A DNA stretch of 64,000 bases, taken from positions 15,796,549-15,860,548 of the forward strand of contig NC_057749.1 in assembly GCF_004010195.1 (NCBI RefSeq), given 5' to 3'. This DNA is from Chiloscyllium plagiosum. Lineage: Eukaryota. Positions 57,823 through 64,000 of this stretch are shown here, piece after piece; position 1 is the first letter of the stretch; each line of letters begins with the position of its first letter. The position numbers were made by a program, and so were the translations under genes. Below the pieces are notes generated by a model. That model was not told the origin of the DNA. It did not search any database and was given only the letters and a program-made list of their open reading frames with translations.

Positions 57823-60642
57823 GCCTTGAGGTGAATTGGAGCCATTTTCGAAGAGTATCAAGGCTGGATCAATCTGAATAAATCATTTGGGTCAACAGCA
57901 GTGTTGGGGAAATCTCTGTGAAGTGCAGATGCAGATTGTCTTGGGCTAGCATGGTCATGGTGGGGCAAATGGCCTCATCTATAAATTTCTATTATTCTGT
58001 TGCTGGCAGTTTAATGGGAACCGGCTACCGCTGAGTTAATTGGATTCCGACAGGCTGACAATGTGATGCAACAAGTTGATGAATCGGTTTTGGAGATCAG
58101 GTTGGTAGCGATCGAGGGTGGAATTTTTCATCATTCTTCCTTGAGTTGGGGAATCTTCACATGTGGGAAATACCGAACCAATTACTCTCACTGATGGAGA
58201 TTGGCAGACGGAGGATAAAACTCGCTTTGAAAGGGAAAGGTGCTGCTGTGAAAGGGATAGAAAGACCAGCGAATGATGGAATTGATTTATCAGAAATCAA
58301 ATCTAAATGTTCTCCTCTGAACAAACGATTTCTGGGCCTCAGGCAAGAACAAAAACTGAGTTTAATATATCCCGTACGGGGTTTTAAGTTCTGACCTTCC
58401 CTAACATTTATCAGCCAGTTGTTGTAAATAATTACAAACCAGCAATTCCCTCACGGTTAGCCAGTTGAAGGTGATCTGGTTAACTAGTCAGCAGGGTGTA
58501 TGTATCAGGTTTAGTCTGAAGTGGGTGTCCTTAGTGTCATAGGGATGTTACCAAGGAAGAACTTAGATTTCTCTGGCACCCCTAGTGTCTTCTGACTGCC
58601 CCAGAGCCAGTGATGTAGTTTAGAAGGGAATTTCGTCAGTTTACGGAAACCCCTCAAAACAGCCAATCAATGCGTAGCCAGCTGTCTTCCAGCTTTTCTT
58701 TGAAATAGTGCCATGGAACCTCTTACATGCACCTGACAGGGTTGAGTTAACATCTCATCTAAAAGAGAGACCCTCCGACAGTGCGGCGCTGACCCTCCGA
58801 CAGTGCGGCGCTCCCTCGGTGCTGCATTGGAGTGCTGCCTGTAGATGTACTCAGGTCACTGGTGGGGAATTTGAACCTATGACCCTGACTCAGAGACAGA
58901 ATATATATCCCTAATAAATGCAACGTCTAAATCATTCAAATACGTTTCACTGTTTACCAGGCCTTACCCCTGAAATGTGAACAAGGGCAGTACCATACCC
59001 TTGTAGGTGACCTTGCATCGATCAACTGGCTGACCAATTAGTTTCTTCTTTTCAATGCTTCAGAGATGCTCAAGCTATTTTTAAAAAGCCTGTTGAAATA
59101 GACATGTAAATTATTGCTGCAGTGTAAGGCAGAAACTGCATTGCATTCATCAGAATGCAAGGAAACCCATCGAGATTACATCCTGGGAAAATAACATCTC
59201 CCCTCAGTCCAGCAAAACAAAAGCTCCATTCGATGTGCTTCTCTATCACACACTCTCCCCCTCTTTCCCCCCTCTTCACCAGCCCTAACCCACTCTCCCC
59301 ACCCCCCTCCCCCCCAACAACCCACACCCTCTCTCCCCTGGTCTCAGTTCCAATGCAGAGGGAGGGCTTATTTAAGTTTAGTGTGAAATTCTGGTCTACT
59401 GACAGCATTGTGAAGTACCTTGGGATGTTTCATGATGGGAAAGATGCTATATAAATGCAAGTTGTTGTCGCTGTTGGTTTGAGTTCCCAATGGTCAGCAT
59501 CGAAATGCTTCCTGCGGATTCAGTGTTTGCCTAGTGAGTTTCCCTTGGGTTGAGGGTTCCTAATGGGACACGGGCAGGATTATGCATTTCCCCCTGAAGA
59601 GGGTGCCAGGTGTCTCAATGAACCTGGACCCCATTCTAAAACCACCCACCCTCCAAACCTCTGGTGATGGGGGACAAAGAGATGGGCAGAGGGAGGGTGA
59701 TTTAGATGGACTTCAGAATCATTGAAAGCTCTGCCCCCAGAGGCTGATGGATGCTGCATTTGTTGAATGTATTTACGTTTGGGAGTGACCAAGTATTTTT
59801 GGTGCCTCTGGGATTTGAGGGAAAGAGGGAGCAGAGGTAGAATAGTAGAGTTGAACCATTGATGGATAGAGCAGTCATAATGGGCCGAGTGGCCTGTGGA
59901 AGTTGAAGGGGGGAGGTTAATAGAGGTCTTTATGACCCTCTGTTGACAGTAACTAATAATGGGCAATGAAACCTACTTTAGAAATGTAGAAGGTACGGGC
60001 AGGAGTAGGCCATTCAGCCCTTCGAGCCTGCTGTGCTCTTCCATATTATCATGGCTGATCATCCGATTCAGTCCTCTGTTCCCATTTTGTCTGCATACTC
60101 TTTGATCCCTTTGTCCTTAAGAACTGTGCCTAACTCCTTCCTGAAAGCAGTTTTCCCTGACAGTACCCACACAGTTCCATTGTAAAGAGAATCAGAGCAG
60201 ATCGTAATGGTCAAAATGCTTTCCCTATGTCGTTTTCTATCTCCTTGTGACACAGTGATTAATTCGGCGGGTCATGGAGTGGAGGCCGTTCCTAAAGTGA
60301 CCCCTGACGAGAACCGAAATGAAAGCTTGAATCATTTTCCATTCATGGAGTTGCCCCTCTTGTTCTGTTTGCATACGAACTATCTGAGATATGTGACTTC
60401 TGACCCCTCAGTGTCATTGTCTGAATTCCTGTCAGGGAGGAAGGAATTATTTTGAGTGTTTAGCTCAGCTGTTGGGATTACTGAGCCGTCGGGTGTTTAT
60501 AAACAACCACTGTAATAGGAAAACTCAAAGTGCCTGCTGTACTGTGCGCACGAAGGATTGAATTTTAAAAGCAACTTCACAAGGGACTCAGGAAAGTGAA
60601 GGAGAGGAGTGTGGGAGATTCCTCTCTGTTCTGAGTGTCAGA

Positions 60643-60940
60643 TCATAGAATCCCTACAATGTGGAGTCCCCACCGACCCTCCGAAGAGTATCCCACCCAA
60701 ACCCACTCCATCCCTGTAACCTTGCATTCCCCATGGCCAATCCACCTAACCTGCACATCCCTGGACATTGTAGACAATTTCCCATGGCCAATCCACCCTC
60801 ACCTGCACATCTTAGGACTGTGGGAGGAAACTGGAGCACCCGGAGGGAACCGACTCAGACACGGTGGGGGGGAGGGGGATTGTGCAAACTCCACGCACAA
60901 TCGCCCGAGGGTGGGTCCCTGGTGCTGTGAGGGAGCAGTG
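60643..60940 (-). mobile_element. HE1-type SINE
   Basis: CATAGAATCCCTACA tail; GGGTCCCTGGTGCTGTGAGG head. Confidence 0.85.
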
Positions 60941-61096
60941 ATCAAGGATCATAATTCACAATGTTGAGGGACAGAGTTCCAAAGACTTATGATCCTCTGA
61001 GAAAGAGTTTCTTATCTCTGACTAAAAGGGTGACTTTATTTTGAAATTGTGACCTCTTATAAGTGGAAACCTCCTTTGAAACATGGGCCCTGTCAA

Positions 61097-62020
61097 TAGA
61101 GTCATAGAGATGTACAGCATGGAAACAGACCCTTCGGTCCAACTTGTCCGTGCCGACCAGATATCCCAACCCTATCTAGTCCCACCTGCCAGCACCCGGC
61201 CCATATCCCTCCAAACCCTTCCTATTCATATACCCATCCAGATGCCTTTTAAATGTTGCAATTGTACCAGTCTCCACCACATCCTCTGGCAGCTCATTCC
61301 ATACACGTACCACCCTCTGTGTGAAAAATACAAATCTAGCCTGACCAACCTTCCTTGTGTGACAGCCCACTCGTTCCAGGTTTTAGTCTCATTTTCCTTC
61401 TCTGATCTGAAGCATTTATGTCCCCTCAACCAATTCTGTACACTACTCCAGAAGTATATTCACCAGTGCCCCCTATAACTGAAGCATAATCTCTGTGCGT
61501 TAAAATTCAATTCCCTTTGTAATAATTAATAACATTCTACTAGCTTTTCTAAATTGTTTGCTGTACCTGCAGACTGATGTTTTGTGATGAATGGACAAGG
61601 ACACCCAGATCCCTCTGCATCTCGGAGCTCTGCAACCTTTGTGATTCTCAACCTTTTTTATGGCCACGGGCCCCCCAGGAACTCTTCTCAGGTTCCAGGG
61701 CCCCCATTTCCAACAGGGATACAACACGAATAGATGGACAGAAAATCATTTCACAGCTTTCAGTCTGTGGTCCCCTTCAGTTGTGCCGGGACCCCCTACC
61801 CCGTTGAGAATATGCTTTTGTTTTTCATTCTTCCTGCCAAAATGGACAATTTCACGTTTTCCCGTCTAATACTCCATTTGCCACATCTTTTCCCACACAT
61901 TAAACCTATCTGGATCTTGTTGTAGCCTCCTTATGTTCTCTTGGCAATACCTGCCATGGCCTCATCAACAAACATAGCAACCGTACACTGCAGTCCCTTC
62001 AACCAAGTCATTAAATAACA
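61097..62020 (-). mobile_element. CR1/HER1 3' fragments (young 61097-61327, older 61330-62020)
   Basis: FFTQRVVRVWNELPEDVVE..TFKRHLD; KASRMLLIITKGIEF. Confidence 0.85.
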
Positions 62021-62743
62021 CAGGGCTTAGGTTTCAGTGAAATTAAAGAAAGGACTTTCATTTCTATAGCACCTTTCACAGCCTCCGGACATCCCAAAAT
62101 GCTTCAGTGTCTTTACGGTACCTCATTCTCCTTAATGTGTGAGTGAGCCCTGTCCTCCACAAATAGTTGCACAATGTTTGATTGAAACCGAGCTGGGAGT
62201 CTCTGAGCATCTAATAACTCCTTGGTAACCATAGTGATGGATTGAGGTGGTTATTGTTGCTCGGTTTGTAATTTTGACCTAGAAAAGAAATACCATCAGG
62301 GGTAACCTGTGGAATGTTGGGAGGGTGGATGGTGGTTAATTAAATCACTGACAGTGAGGGAATTTCGCCATCTTTTCAATTGGGGTGTCAGAGGCCTTAG
62401 GGCCTGTTGTCATGGCGATGTGCTTGCAGCATGCTTAAGAAAAGCTGGGGGCGATGTAGTCATCCGGTAATCTGGTGAAGCTTGATAGACAGAAATGGAA
62501 GCACAAAAGACAGCAGAGTTACTTCTCCAGGGGATGGGGTGGTCTGTGAAGGCAGTCAAGGGTCTCAGAAGATCGAGGCTTAGTACAGGACTGTTGCTAT
62601 CACCCCAGCTCTGGACAACAAAATCACAGACCAGGATTGAACCTAGTATAGGCCTGGCCCAGTGTGATATTCCCCATGTACATGGAGGGAGGTGTCTGTG
62701 ACTGCAGGTAACATGTGCCCTCGGTCTCAATTTGTCTCTCCTC

Positions 62744-62744
<1 letters not shown>

Positions 62745-62793
<49 letters not shown>
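62745..62793. repeat. Poly(C) run, ~49 nt
   Basis: Direct reading. Confidence 0.95.
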
Positions 62794-63167
62794 ACCCCAG
62801 CTCGGAGACAGTGTTGAGCTAAGTGTAATTTGGGATGGGTTCTGCATGGTTTGTCACACCACCAGAAATCACAGTCCCACGTCACTTTGGCTGTGACTGG
62901 AAATCTATTCTTTATGAAACAAAACAGTGAGGTTTGATTGAGTTTCACTCATCCTCAATGCCATTACTCCTGTTCCTGTAAAATGCAATTATAAGGGAGT
63001 AGTTTGCATTAATGATCGATGATGCAGAGTGGATGAAGGATGTATAAAGAAAGGGTGTTGTTTACTAAGGAATTTCCTCGCAACCTTTAGTACAAAGATA
63101 TGTAGATCGCATTTTCTATTTGCGGTAGAAAAATACCAGCCTGTTTAAGGGATGTGGCATGAACTGA

Positions 63168-63290
63168 GTGGGGGGGGCTGCATTGTCCTGGGTGGTGTTG
63201 AGCTTCTTGAGTGTTGTTGGAGCTGCCCCCCCCTGCCACCCCCAAATCCAGGGCAAGTGGGGAGTATTCCATCACACTCCTGACGAGGTG
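63168..63290 (-). mobile_element. LINE ORF2 C-terminal fragment
   Basis: VMEYSPLA..TLKKLNTTQDNAA. Confidence 0.6.
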
Positions 63291-64000
63291 GTGGATAGGC
63301 TTGGCGGAGGTCAGCTACTGGCTGCATATGTTGGTTCCACAACTGCTCGTTGTCTGCAATTTCTTTTATTTATTTTCTTTATCAATTATTAACCCAATTG
63401 CCTTGTGCAAGTTCCTATTAAATCTGCTTTCAGGCAGCACATTCCCAGTTACAAACCATTGGATTGCAATGCAGACCAATAAGTCCAGAAGTTGAGGGCA
63501 CTGTGTTGGCATTGGCTGTGAAATCAGGAGGGAGTTAATAACCGCCCATCGATTGGTGGTTCAGTTGTCCAACAGGCTTGTGAGTGACTGGCCCAGTGTA
63601 GCCCATTATACAGACCAGAGGCTTCACTCAGTTTCCCATGTGAAGTTATCAGGAGAAAGCGCTATTTAAATGCAATCCTTTCTTTATGGCAGAAGTCATG
63701 ATGGGACTAGAGTCTGTTTATCCACCTCACGCAGCATAGAACAAAAGGTCAACCATTCTCTGCAGTTAATAAAGTTGGGCTGTGGGTCTGAAAACAGGCC
63801 ACCAGCAAGGTGGTGTGACTGGGAGAGGAGATCAGGTCAAAGCTCTTTGTAACCAGCTAAAAGGTGAAGCAGGAGAGACTTTCCCCAATTTTCAGGAGCT
63901 TGAGAAGAATTTGAGGCACAATATGGTGCATCTTGCTGTGAGGACGGGAATAATGTGTAGGAGGAGACAGAGTAATTGCTGAGAGGATGGTTCCCCCCAC

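Noticed and set aside
58146..58394. 82-aa ORF
   Set aside because: No canonical splice sites or recognisable domain.
60207..60455. 82-aa ORF in unique sequence
   Set aside because: No polypyrimidine acceptor or donor, and no homology I can support.
62410..62847. Poly-Gly ORF
   Set aside because: Produced by the poly(C) run, whose length may be a sequencing artefact.

Overview
Eukaryotic, repeat-dense vertebrate DNA, very likely from a shark. The main clue is many HE1-type tRNA-derived SINEs alongside HER1/CR1 LINEs; a bamboo-shark-like species is only my inference. One well-supported coding exon lies on the + strand (5268-5369; (G)LRSWDVDLTSFNLDQQLRLFVTRHSAQFSAEIR). From memory it resembles the N-terminal extension of long isoforms of Dbl-family Rho GEFs (MCF2/MCF2L/MCF2L2, best guess MCF2L2). 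The remaining ~58 kb looks like one large intron. It holds decayed CR1, L2, Tx1 and Rex/Babar LINEs, HE1 and Deu-domain SINEs, solo LTRs, a pogo/Tigger-like MITE, several minisatellites and five assembly gaps. Most notable: (1) many short Penelope-like elements with minimal hammerhead-ribozyme cores, often inserted as near-perfect palindromes with target-site duplications, one of which has copied neighbouring DNA into its loop; (2) two long, ~95% identical inverted duplications of apparently unique intronic sequence with 1.2-1.4 kb spacers; (3) a candidate RFX-box alternative promoter just after the exon. Repeat boundaries were read by eye and are approximate, and no database searches were run.
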